Source: the human T2T-CHM13v2.0 reference genome, Homo sapiens | Assembly (NCBI RefSeq): GCF_009914755.1 | Contig: NC_060927.1 | DNA: 64,000 bases | Strand: one strand, 5' to 3' | Shown here: positions 21,381 to 42,579 of the stretch, in pieces | Position numbering within the stretch: the stretch's first letter is position 1 | Layout of the letters: each line of letters begins with the position of its first letter | Made by a program: the position numbers and the translations under genes | Notes under the pieces: generated by a model | Seen by the model: the letters and a program-made list of their open reading frames with translations, nothing else | Told to the model about the DNA's origin: nothing | Database searches by the model: none

Positions 21381-22135
21381 GGTCAGGTGTGGTGGATTAT
21401 GCTTGTAATCCCAGCACTTTGGGAGGCTGAGGCAGATAGATCTCTTGAAGCCAGGAGTTCAAGATCATCCAACATGGTGAAACCTCGCCTTTACTAAAAA
21501 CACAAAAATTAGCCCGACATGGTGGCGCATGCCTGTAATCCCAGCTACTCGGAAGGTTGAAGCATCAGAATCGCACGAAGCTAGGAGGTGGAGGGTGCCG
21601 TGAGCTCAGATCACACCACTGTACTCCAGCCTCAGCAACAGAGCAAGACTCTGTCTCAAAATAAATAAACAAACAAACAAACAAACAGTATAAGAGTAAA
21701 ATCCAATAATATATCGACCAGAACTGGTTAGTAGAGGAGGAGGGAAGGAAGAAATATGCTAGGCTTAAATATTGCTCAAAAGGAATTATTGGTGACTGAA
21801 AATAAATAGAAGAGTGTTATAATTATATGGATAATCAGCTGGGCGTGGTGGCTCACGCCTGTAATCCTAGCACTTTGGGAGGCCGAGGCAGGTGGATAAC
21901 CTGAGGTCAGGAATTCAAGATCAGCCTGGCCAACATGGTGAAACCTCGTCTCTACTAAATATACAAAAATTAGCCAGGCATGTTGGTGCATGCCTGTAAT
22001 CACAGCTACTCAGGAGGCTGAGGCAAGAGAATCACTTGAACCTGGGGGATGGAAGTTGCAGTGAGCCAAGATCGTGCCACTGCACGCCAGCCAAGATGAC
22101 AGAGAATAACTCCGTCTCAAAAAAAAAAAAAAAAA
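21381..22135 (+). repeat. Two Alus (~21381-21690, 21838-22135) downstream of or within the long HIGD1A 3' UTR
   Basis: Alu consensus. Confidence 0.9.
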
Positions 22136-22339
22136 TTTATATGGATAATCAATAGAACAAAAATTACCCACAAAAGGAAAAAAAATAAAACATACCATAA
22201 AGTAAAATATTTTTAAAATCGTTGAAACAGAAAGGAGAACATGATTAGAGAACAACAACAAAAAAGACAATTTCCTGAAACTTGTTCTCAAATTTGTTCC
22301 TCTACAGAAAGCTTTTCCTCATGAAATAAATAAAAGACA

Positions 22340-23312
22340 TTTGACATGGGTCACTTACTTTAATAACAATACATATACCATGTTAACACCATGGAATGCA
22401 AATTCAGATTAGACAAGAGAATTTCACAAGTGTGATAGCCTTCTGTATATTATATAAAAGTTTGGGTATACTGTCTGGCCAAACCAGCTTGCTCATAAGT
22501 CATTAACCAAATCCATTATAGGTAATTTGTTCAGTTCAATGTTTACAATTCTTATGGAAAAAATTAGCAACACACACATTTAAAACGTGTTCATTTACCT
22601 TTGCGTGAGTGCTTAAAATACATATTTCTATTTCAAGATGACATTTAAAAATTATTCTAATATATCAGCAGCAAAAATATAATTTGCAATTACAAAAAAC
22701 TAAACTAGAATCCTTAAGTTATTCTCATGTTTACAGTTGTGATTCTTTAATAAATACTATTATGCAGCTCTATTGTTTAAGCTTTCTGGATTTGGTTTAA
22801 ACACATGCATATATATTGTCAATTGTGGGAAGCTTTACAAGTTATATTCCATGCACTTTTTGGACAGAGTTCTAACAGAGCCAGCCAGTCCACAAAACAG
22901 GCAGACAAAAGTTGAATTAACTGGGGCAAATAGGACTCTTATGCAACATCCAAAATATCTGACATTCTGCAGCAAACAGGGAGTACCTTCAGGATTGGCC
23001 TGTTATCTTCTTTAGAACTAAGTTCATCTTAAAAATTTAAGAAGGTGGACATTTCAACACCATCAAGTGCATTTAGGTGACATGTTTAAGTTAACTTGAC
23101 TTCCTTGAATGACCTAGTTAGTAAACTAGTCACTAGTAATTCGGTCACCAAGCAAATCAAGCCTGCAAGAAAGGAAGCCAATATTCAAAATGCCATGTTA
23201 CCATCTAAACCCATACAAATTAGTTTATTTCCAACAATAATAGGTAACTTTAATAATAAGACATCTAACTAAAGCAAGCTCCTCCAACAAGACCAAGACA
23301 GCATCTCTTCTT
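22340..23312 (-). other. HIGD1A: HIGD1A 3' UTR with alternative poly(A) signals; may extend to ~20950
   Basis: AU-rich unique sequence. Minus-strand AATAAA at 23224-23229, ATTAAA at 22359-22364 and near 20970. Confidence 0.7.
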
Positions 23313-23362
23313 CTAAGGCTTAGGTTTTGCCCAGAATTCCCGATACATGGAATAGCCCATAC
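23313..23362 (-). CDS. HIGD1A: HIGD1A last coding exon, GMGYSMYREFWAKPKP*
   Basis: TTCTTTAG| acceptor and TAG stop at 23315-23313. 97+135+50=282 nt, i.e. 93 aa plus stop. Confidence 0.97.
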
Positions 23363-24058
23363 CTAAAGAAAAAGAATGCTAGTTAAGCATTTCAGTATTT
23401 TCTTAAATATTCAAAAATAAAAACCAGTTCATAAAATAGCTGAAAGTAGCACCACTGCTAGCATGGAATATTTACAAGGGGAATAAGACCCTAGGAAGCT
23501 TATACTCTTGCCTTCTTAAACATCTTAAATCTCTAAAACTCTTGTTACATACAGTAGTTTCCCAAGTAGCAAAGGGCTGGTATGGCTACTTCACATGTTA
23601 CAATATTTCTTTGAAAGAACAATCAATATTTATCTGGTAACTTTGAAAGGAATCACTCTTGCTACATAATACCAGATAAAGTCAATGAATTATAAAGCCA
23701 ATAGAAGAAGCATGTAATACCTAAACTTTAAGAATCTCTCCTTTAAAAACACAATAAAATAGCAATTGTATGTCTCTCCCAGATAACAGATGTTACTATC
23801 AACCCCAATTACATGTCTAGGCTCTTCAATGAAATTATAAACTCAGTGATTGACAGGATTTTTTTTTTCTTTAAAATCTTAGTAGGATATATCATAGAAA
23901 AACTATGTCACTACTTGAATTATCTTCATTAATTCATTTTTTACATGAAAATGAGTATAAGTGATATTCTCCAACTGCTAAAAGGTCAGCTAAAAATATT
24001 TACCTATTTTGTTTGTAAAGAAATACCTTAATGAGAAACGAAAATTTGAAATTTCCTA

Positions 24059-24268
<210 letters not shown>

Positions 24269-25355
24269 TCAATGTACATTCTATTATTTTTATGAGGATT
24301 CTTTATCAGATCATTAATTAGCTAACATACAAATTGAGTTTTTCATGTTTTCCCCTATCAAAACCAAAAATCTTTAAGCAAACAACAACAGATCCAGAAA
24401 GTCAGGATTATCTTTAAAAACATGGGTTTGTGGGGCCAGTAGATAAACTCCTTTAAAAAACTGCTAGGGAATTAACAGGAACCTAGATTATGATTATCAG
24501 AACGAAAGTGTGCCAAAGGTCTTGACTTAGAGAATGAATTTATTCCATTTCCTCTCTGTCCTATTTCCCTCCCTCAAGGTAATCAGTTAATATACCAGAG
24601 ACAATCCTACACACTACTACCACTGAGAAACATTGCCTGAATATTTCAAACTTTGGGATACTGTACTGGGAAGAAGTAAATAAAGGAAAAGAATAGAGCA
24701 ATATTAGTTTCAGTTAAAAGGATTATGATCCTAGAGTTCTATACAGAGCCAAACTCTCATTCATTTTGAGGGCAAAAGCATTCAGGACATGACCTTCCAT
24801 GTTTTCTTTTTAAGATTTATTATTTTATTTTTTAAGAGATGGGGTCTTGCTCTGTTGCCCAGGCTGGAGTGCAGCCGCACAATCATAGCTCACTGCAGCC
24901 TTGTTCTCCCAGGCTCAGGTGATCCTCTTCGCTCAGCCTCCCTAATAACTGGGACTACAGGAGGGCTGTCTTTCCCAAGCTGCCACCCAGGTACTGATAC
25001 AAAAACCTAGAGGAAAATATCCAGTCAAATAAAAACAGTGAGTCAAAATGGACAGTTCAAGAAATAAAGACATAATGGTTAAGATATAATGGTGAACAAT
25101 AAAGACAGAAAAATCTGTACTGGTTCCTTGAAAATGACTGGTATAATATAGCAAAATTAAGAATCTGAAATTAGGCTATGATTATCACAACAAAACGTGT
25201 GCTAAAGGTCTTAGGGAATAAATTTATATTCATTTTAATACAGGAAATAGATGAAAAAAACACATCCTAGTTTGACAATGTAAAGATAACCACCAGCAAG
25301 CAGTGTAAGAATAGCCGCAGAACTTCCAAATCATAAGGAGGAAAAAAAAATTAGG

Positions 25356-30400
<5,045 letters not shown>

Positions 30401-30440
30401 TATATCATATAAATTAAGTCATTCTTAAAAGTGGAGTTTT

Positions 30441-31108
<668 letters not shown>

Positions 31109-31334
31109 TTAGTATGATCCTGAATTTGTGAAGATAAAAAAAGAAAAAACAACTGGAGAAATATGTACATCAAAATGGTAACAACAGTTATATCTAAATG
31201 GTGGCATTAAAGGTAATTTTAAAATTCTTTGTAAGATTAAAAATTTTTAAACTTTTTCTTAAGATTAATTTATATACTATAAATTTCACCTTTCATCTGT
31301 TTTAACTGCATATTAAATGAATTTTAATATGCCT

Positions 31335-31700
31335 GCGAGTCCGACCTCTGGGGGATAGGAGACTGAATAGCTAATTTCAGTCACAGCTGACACCTCAATA
31401 AAACCTGGTTACCAAGGCTTGGTGGGCTTCCCCAGATGGCAAGACTTAGCATGTATTGCCACATATCACATCAGTACTGAAGAATTAAATGCAACCCCTC
31501 TCCCCCTGTGGGACTCCCTGGGAAGGGGACACCTAGAATTTTGTGTCTGGTTTATCCTACACTTCATTCTATATGTCTTTGTTGACTTTAACCTATATCC
31601 CATTGCTGTAATAAACTATGACTGTAACAAGCATTTTTGAGTCTTATGAGTCTTGGCCCAATCATCTAACCTGAGGATGGTCTTGGGGTCCCCCAATACA
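31335..31700 (+). mobile_element. MER21C-like LTR fragment
   Basis: AATAAAACCTGG...CCAAGGCTTGGTGGGCTTCCC...GGGGTCCCCCAATACA. Confidence 0.6.
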
Positions 31701-31742
31701 ACATTATGCACTGAAATAAGACTCAATAAAATAAGAAGTCTC

Positions 31743-32036
31743 AGCTGGAGTGGCAGCTCACGCCTATAATCCTAGCACTAGGCTGAGGGCAGGCGGATTG
31801 CTTGAGCCCAGGAGTTCAAGACTAGCCTAGGCAGTATCGCAAAACCCCGTGTCTATACAAAACTACAAAAATTCGCTGGGCGTGGTGGTGCACACCTGTG
31901 GTCCCAGCTACTTAGGAGGCTGAGGTGGGAGGATCAAGAACCTGAGAGGTCGAGGGATGGGGGCAGTGAGCTATGATCAAGCCACTGCACTTCAGTCTAG
32001 GTGAAAGAGACCCTGTCTCCAAAAAGAAAAAAAAAG
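31743..32036 (+). repeat. AluJ-like element just downstream of HIGD1A exon 2
   Basis: Diverged Alu dimer. Confidence 0.85.
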
Positions 32037-32205
32037 TCTGAATACATACAGAAGAATCTTTATGATGAGATTTATATCATGCCAATCTCAGCATATTTCA
32101 ACATAAGAAAAAAATGGAAAATACATTCTTTCAGGATATTGCTAAATGAACAAATTATCACGGCTCTACCATATTCAAGACTACTAAAATGTCAGTCAAA
32201 CTTAC

Positions 32206-32302
32206 CAACGGGTACGAATGGTGCCTCTTTAGCTTTTCGAATGAGTTTTGATCCCTGATCTTCCTCATATGAAGGAAGGGAAACACCTGTGTCTGTTGAC
32301 AT
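32206..32302 (-). CDS. HIGD1A: HIGD1A coding exon 2 (first coding exon of the 93-aa form), MSTDTGVSLPSYEEDQGSKLIRKAKEAPFVPV+G
   Basis: ATG at 32302. Exon spans 32324-32206, with TTCTTTCTCAG acceptor and G|GTAAG donor. 97 coding nt. Peptide recognised as the HIG1 domain family member 1A N-terminus. Confidence 0.97.
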
Positions 32303-33039
32303 AGTGATTGCTTGAAGAATCTCCCTGAGAAAGAATTTCTATGAGGTTCTGTAATTAAAAGCATCTGAACATTATTAAATATCTGGATGTATTTAAAATA
32401 TTCCTAACTTCCATGAGAATCTTAGTATATGTTATCCATAATCCTGAAGTTAAAAAATATTTTTAGAAATTAACTGTATTTTTAATGTACAGTCACTCTC
32501 AAGGGAGAGTTGTATACACTTATTCCCCCTATTATTTTGCCGTTTCCCCTGTACAACCCATTCATTTTTAGCACCATGTTAATTAAAAATAGTGAAAAAT
32601 TTTAAATTGATGTTACTTTTATCAATTAAAATAGTAGCTACTAATTTTCTGGCTATCTTCATCCTTAATCAACTATTTAACTTGACAATTTTAAGTTACT
32701 CAAACCAAACTGACAACTCCTATTGAACCTTCAATATCATGTTGGAAATCCTACTTAGCACTTTTCGGTGTAGTTAAATGCAGTCTTTATTGCTTTCAAC
32801 TGCTGATTTATTTATTCCAATGTGCTTCCTTGCTTCAATTTTCACTTCAGATTAGTTTCCAGTCTATTACAGTAATCTGTTATCCATGGTGGTTGCCTCT
32901 GGGGAAAAGATTATTCTGAATAGCCAAAGTTTCTACCTAGCTCATTATTTACTCATTTTAAGAACAAAGCTTTTATTTTAAATATTGGTAGAAATGTCTC
33001 CTTCATAGCCTTTTAGATTTTTTTAATGACCTATGATTA

Positions 33040-33564
<525 letters not shown>

Positions 33565-34510
33565 TGATTAGCACCTTTTAACATCACTGCAGCACAAAAC
33601 TGAATTACCCTCAGGGTCTTCTTAATATCTTCTAAGCTTCAGATCTGCCTTCATTTACATACCTTATATCCCCTAGGCTTCCTTTTAAAACTCTACCCTC
33701 TTTTTATAATTCCTTTAAATGGTATCCCAAAGGCAAGATCTAGCCTGATAGTGTATGAGTAAGGGGATAGGAAAAAAAAAAAAAGGATTCATTTTCATTA
33801 TCACAGGGATCAAAGGCTCCTTTCCTCCTTTTCAGTCATCTCCGTGAATAGCCCTTTTATCACAATGAGGCATTAACAAATGCTATTTCATTTTAGCCAC
33901 AATAACAAAGTATACTTTCTTCACTGAACTATTTTGAATTGCAATAAACTTTACTCACAGATAAAATAAGGGCCTGAAGCATAGTGTAAGCATACAAGTC
34001 TCTAATTAGTGTCAATTACAATAAACTTAAAAGTCTATGCCCATCCTAACACCCATATAAAATCTTACTTTCACTTCTGGGTTTTTCATGTGCATTATGC
34101 TCCCTTTGATAAAAGTACCTCTCATTCAACACCTTGCTACTCAAGGGGAGTCAGTGGCAGTTAAGGTCCTCAACAAAAATGCAACTCCGGAGGGGGTGGT
34201 GTGCTTAGTTTAGAAAGTGAATTCATCCCTATAAGCCTCACCTTCATTGAGAAGACTCAACTGTCATCTGACATAGAAGAAAATCTTAGCTAAATAAAAG
34301 AAAATTTAGATTGGACTTAAACCTTCTTTTTGTACTCCATTACTTCTTAACTGAATAAACTCCTAAGTAATGAGCTTTATTATATATAAGGTTCAATAAG
34401 CTCAAGGTTCAAGATACTCACTATATATCTGAATAATACAATATAAACACTAAAGTAATTAATCGTTCAAAAATTAGTTGTTTTTTTTTTTTTAAAAAAA
34501 AGAGAAATCA

Positions 34511-35412
34511 TGTAACCGCCAAACAGGTTCACCTTGCCCGCTGGCTAGACAGAGCTGATTTACCAAGACAGGGGAATTGCAATAGAGAAAGAGCAATTCA
34601 CCCAAAGCCAGCTGTGTGGGAGACCAGGATTTTTATTATTAGTCAAATCAGTCTCTTGGAGCATTCAGGGATCAGTTTTTAAGGATAATTTGGTGGGTGG
34701 GGGAAGGCCAGAGAACAGAGTGCTGATTGGTTGGGTTGGAGATGAAATGGGAAGTTGAAGCTGTCCTCTTGTGCTGAGTCAGTTCCTAGGTAGGGGACAT
34801 AAGATCAGACGAGCCAGTTTATTGATCTGGGTGGTGCCAGTTGGTCTATCAAGTGCAGGGTCTGCAAAATATCTCAAGCACTGATCTTAGGAGCATTTTA
34901 GGGAGGGTTAGAATCTTATAACTTCCAGCTGCACGACTCCTAAACCATAATTTCTAATCTGTGGCTAATTCATTAAACCTACAAAGGCAGTCTAGTCCCC
35001 AGGCAAGAAGGGGGTTTGTTTTAGGAAAGGGCTGTTACCATCTTTGCTTTATTTTTCTATTTTTGTTTTATGAGACAGGGTCTAGTTGCCACGCAGGCTG
35101 GAGCACGATCTCGATCTTTGCTCACCGCAACCTCTGCCTCTGAGGTTTGAGTGATTTGTGCCTTAGCCTAACAGCTGGGATAACAGGTGTGCACCACCAT
35201 GCCTGGTTTTTTTTTTTTGTATTTTTAGTATAGATGGGGTTTTGCCATGTTGGCCAGCCTGGTCTCAAACTCCTGGCCCCAAGTGATTTGCCCGCCTCAG
35301 CCTCCCAAAGTGCTAGGATTATAGACGTGAACCATCATGCCTGGCTCCATCTTTTTTTGGCTAGGTCAGATCTCTTTCACTGTCTCAGTTATAATTTTGC
35401 AATGGTGGTTTC
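34511..35412 (-). mobile_element. LTR8-family LTR interrupted by an Alu (~35050-35345)
   Basis: Starts TGTAACCGCCAAACAGGTTCACCTTGCCCGCTG and ends GGTGGTTTCA. AP-1 site TGAGTCA at 34775-34781. Confidence 0.78.
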
Positions 35413-35730
35413 AATCACAGTGTAATTAGTTGTCAAAAGCCTAACACAGACAAGGTCTGAATTTAGAGAGAGTGATGTATTTTAGCTAAAGGAGGTTTGG
35501 CACGTTTCACAGAGAAACACTTGAGACTGGCTTTGAAGAAACTGCATAAATGGACTGGATAGAGAGATTAAACACTGTATTTATTTTAGGCCAGTATGTT
35601 TACTAGTTGCCTTCATATCTAATCATGAACTTCTCGGGCAGGTGCGGTGGCTCATGCCTGTAATCCCAGCACTTTGGGGCACCAAGGTGGGCAATCACTT
35701 GAGGTCAGGAGTTCGAAACCAGCCTGGTCA

Positions 35731-35922
<192 letters not shown>

Positions 35923-35933
35923 TTAAAAAATAA

Positions 35934-35964
<31 letters not shown>

Positions 35965-36174
35965 CATGACCTTCTCAAAGGGGAAGTTTATCACAAATCC
36001 TTTCATTTCCCTTCCCAACCCCACATTCTGACCACATTAAATATTTTTAAGATGCTCTCTATACCTCTAAGCCTTTGCACAAGCTGATTCCTCTACTTGT
36101 GAGAGTTTCCCTCCCTTTCCATCCCCTTCAGATACTCTTTCCTAGCTAACTCCTCCCATTTTTTTTTTCAGGTT

Positions 36175-36969
<795 letters not shown>

Positions 36970-37515
36970 TTATAACCCTTATAAGCACCAGTTTGTCTGT
37001 TTCTTTTGCTAGAATCCTTCAAGTCAGGGACCAATACCTGCTCTGCTTGTATCCAACTCCACTGCCTGGTGCAATACCCTATATATAATATGTACACTAC
37101 AAATGTTTCTTGAATACATTTAAAAGTTACATTTCTCAACAACTGAAAGCATTCTTAGGTTATTCAGTAATATTGAGTACAAAAAAATAACAATCATACA
37201 GATTTGTAGAGTTTAATCAGTAAGAAAAATGCCTAACTGTATGTACCTAAGTGCTTATTTCTTTTATGTTTCTTATATTGTACCTATGAAAAGAGAAATA
37301 ACCTGAGGTCTTAGTTCCTTGCAACACAGGGGACAAAACTATTATATACCATAATCCACTTTTAAAAACTAAAAACTTCTGCAGATATAAAAGCATGTTT
37401 TCCCCTTTTTTGCCTGAATCATTTCTAAACTAAAAAATCATTTGGGAATTGTCTTTAAAAGCAAGAAAGTTGGTAGCCGGGCATGGTGGTGCACACCTGT
37501 AGTCCCAGCTCCTCA

Positions 37516-37662
<147 letters not shown>

Positions 37663-39763
37663 TTAAAAATAGCAAGAAAGTTGGTAGTTTTTCTTATAAT
37701 TATCTCACATCTGGCTGACTCTAATTCTCCAACAGGTCAATGGAGCAAAAGGTTTTTTTTTTTTTCTCCTTTCAGGAGGGAGGGGGTTAGTTGTCTCTTT
37801 CCTGTATATAAATCAAGAACAGAAGAAAACCTATTTCTCCGTTCTTCATCTATGATACAGACTCTGAAGCTTGTATGGATAGGGCATTTGACCTGGGTTT
37901 CAGAAAGTAGCCCCTGCGGTAAGCATCAGGGTGTGGGGAACAAAATGGTCATTATTTGCTTGAAACGACAGATGATAATCTGTCTGTGATTCCAGAATAC
38001 CTTATGTGCACATTTCAGAATAAAATTAGTAAGGATTAATATTTAAAAATCCAACACATATCAGTTATTTGTTATTCTGTAGTCAAAATATTATAATTCC
38101 CATATAGTACATATCTAAAATACTCTCTGAATACAAAATTTTGATAACTGTCTAATTACCACGTAGAAGTTTCCAAAGTATTCATGGTTTATAGCCACCT
38201 GAATTGAAAACTGGTTAAGTATCAGGAACAATAAGTTCTAATCATATAACTTGAGAGTAACAAATCAGATGAATAATCCAAGCCAATAGCCTTATTTTAC
38301 AGGTGGGGAAAGGGTTGTGAGAGGGTTATACGAATTGCTCAGTACAAGGAATACATGTCTGGTGGGGTAGGATTAGAATCCAGCTCTTCTGATAGAGAGT
38401 CCTGGGTTCTTTTGATTGACGATATATTGCCAAAGCATCAATCTTACGCTGCTGATGTAAATTAGATTAAATTGGCAGATAAGAATTCTGATTAGAAAAT
38501 TTAAGAATCCATTACTCAACAGAAGCCCACGTTGTTCTCTTTGAATGATATATATAAAAAAATCATGCCTAAGGTAAACGGAATCTTCTTCAGTGACTTA
38601 ACTCATCTAACAATTTCAATTGTGATTTGAAAAGACTTTTTTCACTACACCACTGCCAGACTTTCCTTCATTATCGTTTTCTCATCCACCCACAGTAGTT
38701 GTCCCAGATTTCTGTCAGAAAGTTGAATAGACGCTAAAAAAGGCACCAGTAACCAGATATTTAAAGTCAGTTTGGAGAGCACAAATTAATTCTGTACGCT
38801 TAGTAAGACACGACTGAAGACCTTTCCACAGGGAACCTAAAGAGGCATTAAGGGAAGATGAGCCGTCCAGCATCAGGAGACGTAACAGGTTGAATGAAGG
38901 ATCTTTCTTCACAGTCATTTTGTCACGGGAATTACTATCTAAAGCAACGCTGGCTTCAAACTGATTTTGCATCAGTCGCCCATCAGCTTGTTTAAAATGG
39001 CTGCCAAGGCCCCAGCATGGAGATCCGGATTCAGGTGGTCTGGGGCAGAGCTCAAGGAATCTTTAAGAAGCCCCTTCAAGTGACTCTGGTGCACAAAGAG
39101 AACTCCTAGTATACAGGACTCCAAATATGTGTGTCATGCTGGAGCTTCATGACCAGGTTGTCACCGCTTCAACCTGTTAGAACTTTCCATCCAAACCTGT
39201 CTTACTCCAAAGTGCCTTTGTACTTCCGGAAGCAGGGATCCCTGTCGTGGGGATTACTCCGAAGAGGGAAATAGCTGCTTCCCACTCCGGGAATTTAAGA
39301 CAAAGGCGAATATCACTGCTGCATCATGTCGGCTGCTCCTAATTCTGCCCTTACGCTGTGCTTTGTAATCTCTAACCCGCCGACTCGGCAGGAGAAAAAT
39401 TTAATTCGGTCACAGAAGCACTACACAGGACCCTAGGCCTTATCACTTTCCCAGGGTGGAGGAAACACCAGGTCGGGGAGAAAAGCAAGACCAGGACTGG
39501 AAGGTCCTCTGCTAGTACGCCCTCCCCTCAACCTCCCGACCTTCCTCGCCGCCTCTCTTCCTGTGACCTTGTCGTGACTCCGTGACCGGAGCGCTCGCTC
39601 TCCTATCCCGCCTCGCCTGCCGCTTAGCCCGCTCTTCAGAATGTTCCAAGCTCCGGGGAAGCTCCCGCTCCTCGCTCCCCGCCGTCGGGCCCAGTCAACA
39701 CCCTCCTGGCCCCCGTCTCTCATTACCACCCCATCAGCGAGTCTTCCCCGCTCGGCAACTCAC

Positions 39764-39783
39764 TCCACAAGCTTCTGCTCCAT
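39764..39783 (-). CDS. HIGD1A: HIGD1A alternative first exon, coding part (MEQKLVE...), giving a 107-aa N-extended isoform
   Basis: ATGGAGCAGAAGCTTGTGGA|GTGAGT. Spliced to 32324 it reads MEQKLVEEILQAITMSTD, in frame with the main ATG. Confidence 0.85.
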
Positions 39784-40027
39784 CTCCTCGCTGGCTCCGT
39801 CTCCCCTCACCCGAAGGACCCTAGGCCTCGGCTCCCGACTCCTCTCATCCGCCCATGCTCGAGGCCGGGCCTGAGCCCCGGCAACTCCACCTCTCCTCCC
39901 TCATTCGAGACACGGACTCCCAGCCCCCACCCCCAAAGTCCTTTCGGCCTGGCCAAGCGCTGCCCCACTTCTTCCCGCCCCGCGGCCCGAGTCCCTGGCT
40001 CGCAGTCCCCCGGCTTGTTTCGCTTAC

Positions 40028-40130
40028 CTAGAGCGAGAAAACCTCTCACACCCCAACCGGCTTCCGATCCCTGCAGGCGCACCCAGTCCTCCCGGCTTCT
40101 CCCCACCCACAGCCGTCCCAGCCAATCAGA
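40028..40130 (-). other. HIGD1A: HIGD1A non-coding first exon (5' UTR); TSS approximate
   Basis: CTCGCTCTAG|GTAAGC donor at 40028/40027 within the CpG island. CCAAT box near 40122. Confidence 0.85.
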
Positions 40131-40509
40131 GGCCAGCGGCCGCAAAAGGACGCGTGCGTGTGCGCGGCGGGTGGGGCAGTGCAGAGCGGGTCCCGGATTG
40201 GCTGGGCCGGTGAGTGCTGGCCCACTACCCCGGCTCTAGCGTACTGGCGGAGACAGACGTGAGAGCTCGGCGCCTGGGGTTCGCGCCCGGGCACTTGAGG
40301 GGCTTTGGCTCCTGGCCCAAGGACTCCTCAGATTTCTCCTGCCCTTTTCCCCTCGGGCAGCGGAGGCGAGCACCGCGAACGCCGTGTCCCGAGCGCCGCC
40401 GCCTGCGGACGCCTCACGGGCCGGGAAGGGATGCGGGTGAGGGGTTTCGGCTGCGGGTGAGGTTGTGTTCCCCGACCCACCCGGGTCCGACTGCTTGTTC
40501 TCGCCGTTC

Positions 40510-40935
40510 AGTAACGAGATGCAGACAGACTGGGAAAGAACGGAGTTTATTTCTGCAACAGGTTACAGGGAGAAGGTCGGAGTAACTCACCAGACCAACT
40601 CAAAATTATTAATACAAGTTTTTCTAGTGCTTAAATACATTCAGTGCATTTACAAGTCGAAAGCCAAAGTGTTTCACTCAAGCCAATCTTTAACGGTAAT
40701 AGGGTCAGGTGTCTAGACAATTGCTTCAGAGCCTTGGAAATAATCTAAAGTGGGTCCTGGTACAAGGTGTGCAAGAACAACTCCATTATTTTAATTAAAC
40801 TCTAGGGGTTGAAAAAGCTCAGGCGGGATCCTAATGGACTTGTCTTTACATTCTAGCCTTTCTCCTAAGGCACCAGTTTCTCCAATGTTTAACTTATACA
40901 TGCATCAGAATGACAGTGAGGCGTTGGTGAGAGCT
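40510..40935 (-). mobile_element. Probable ERV LTR fragment, subfamily unassigned
   Basis: LTR-like GGAGTTTATTTCTGCAAC (reverse poly(A) signal) and an abrupt drop in GC content at the CpG-island edge. Confidence 0.4.
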
Positions 40936-41278
40936 GCTCTGGTTGCTAATGGAGATCTGGCCTGCCACAGTGGGAGCAGAGCTTGCCCAGTGCGCCGGGA
41001 CGACTGCGGGCTCCATCCATTCCGCTCCCAGGGCGGTTGTCGGCCAGGACCGTGAGCTGTCAGGTCCCCCGCGGGATCCTTCCTGGAGCTTACACTATAG
41101 TAGGAGGCAGCCAGTACTTGCAAGCACGGGGTCGCGGGAACTACGACCTCACCCAGGCCAGGCGACCTTTCTCTCAAGAAGGAGATGTCAGAGGCCCCTC
41201 GTGACAGCGAGCTTCCGGGGACAGGGCTCCTAATGTGTTTGTCAAGTAAATAATGAGTAATAATCCGGCCAATTGGTG

Positions 41279-42048
41279 GGTCAACGAAAAAAGTCAAACT
41301 CTAAGATATTTGAAGAGATTTATTCTGAACCAAATGTGAGTGACCGTGGCCCCTGACACAGCCCTCAGGAGGTCCTGAGAACATGTGCCCAAGGTGGTGC
41401 AGGCACACTTGGTTTTATACATTTTAGAGAGGCATGAGACATCAATCAAATACATTTAAGAAATACATTGGTTTGGTCCAGAAACGGGGGACAACTCAAA
41501 GGCGAGAGGGGAGGGGGCTTCCAGGCTATAGGTAAATTTAAACATTTTCTGGTTGATAATTGGTTGAGTTTGTCTGAAGACCTGGGATCAACAGAAAGGG
41601 AATGTTCAAGTTAAGATAAAAGATTGTGGAGACCAAGGTTCTTTTGAAGTCTTGTAGTGGCTGCCTTTAGAGACAATAGATGACAAATGTTTCCTATTCA
41701 GATGTTTGAAAGGTGCTAGACTTTTAATCTCTTTAGGATTGGGGGGCCTGGAAGAAAAAGATCTAGCTATGTTATAGGGATTCTTTACAGATGAGAATTT
41801 TTCCCCGCAAAGGACAGCTTTGTATGGCCATTTCAAGATATGGCAAAGAAATATGTTTTGGGGTAAAATATTTTTATTTTCTTCCTTGTCTTATAATGTT
41901 ATGCCAGAGTCAAGTTGGAAAGTAAGTCACGATATATAGAGTTAAATAAAACCCATTTGATGATAACTTATTATTTGTGGGGCATGACTCCCCAGACCCC
42001 TTAGATAGGAATTTGGGCATGATAAAAAAAATCAGAGCTTAGTCCTCA
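41279..42048 (-). mobile_element. MER4-family LTR
   Basis: Contains the ATATTTGAAGAGATTTATTCTGA...GACACAGCCCTCAGGAGGTCCTGAGAACATGTGCCC block, homologous to 1501-2430. Confidence 0.8.
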
Positions 42049-42260
42049 GATGCAAAGCATCTACAACTGCACCATGGAGAAATCTGTGATTAAGTTAGAG
42101 TTTCTTGATATAACCACAAAACAAGGCAGACTACCAAGTGCTCGTCATACAGATAGGAACTAAATGTCATGGGCTCAGGATTTTGAAAATCGTTCATCTC
42201 ATAATTAAGATACATGTAAGAAACATTTCATGCTATGGATGATTAAGAACTTCATACTTC

Positions 42261-42579
<319 letters not shown>

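Larger units (their letters stand above)
39500..40500. promoter_or_regulatory. CpG-island promoter of HIGD1A (probably bidirectional)
   Basis: High GC and CpG content. CCAAT boxes near 40122 and 40197, RCGTG cores at 40152-40160 and 40257-40261, TGACCTTG (ERR half-site-like) at 39564-39571. Confidence 0.88.
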
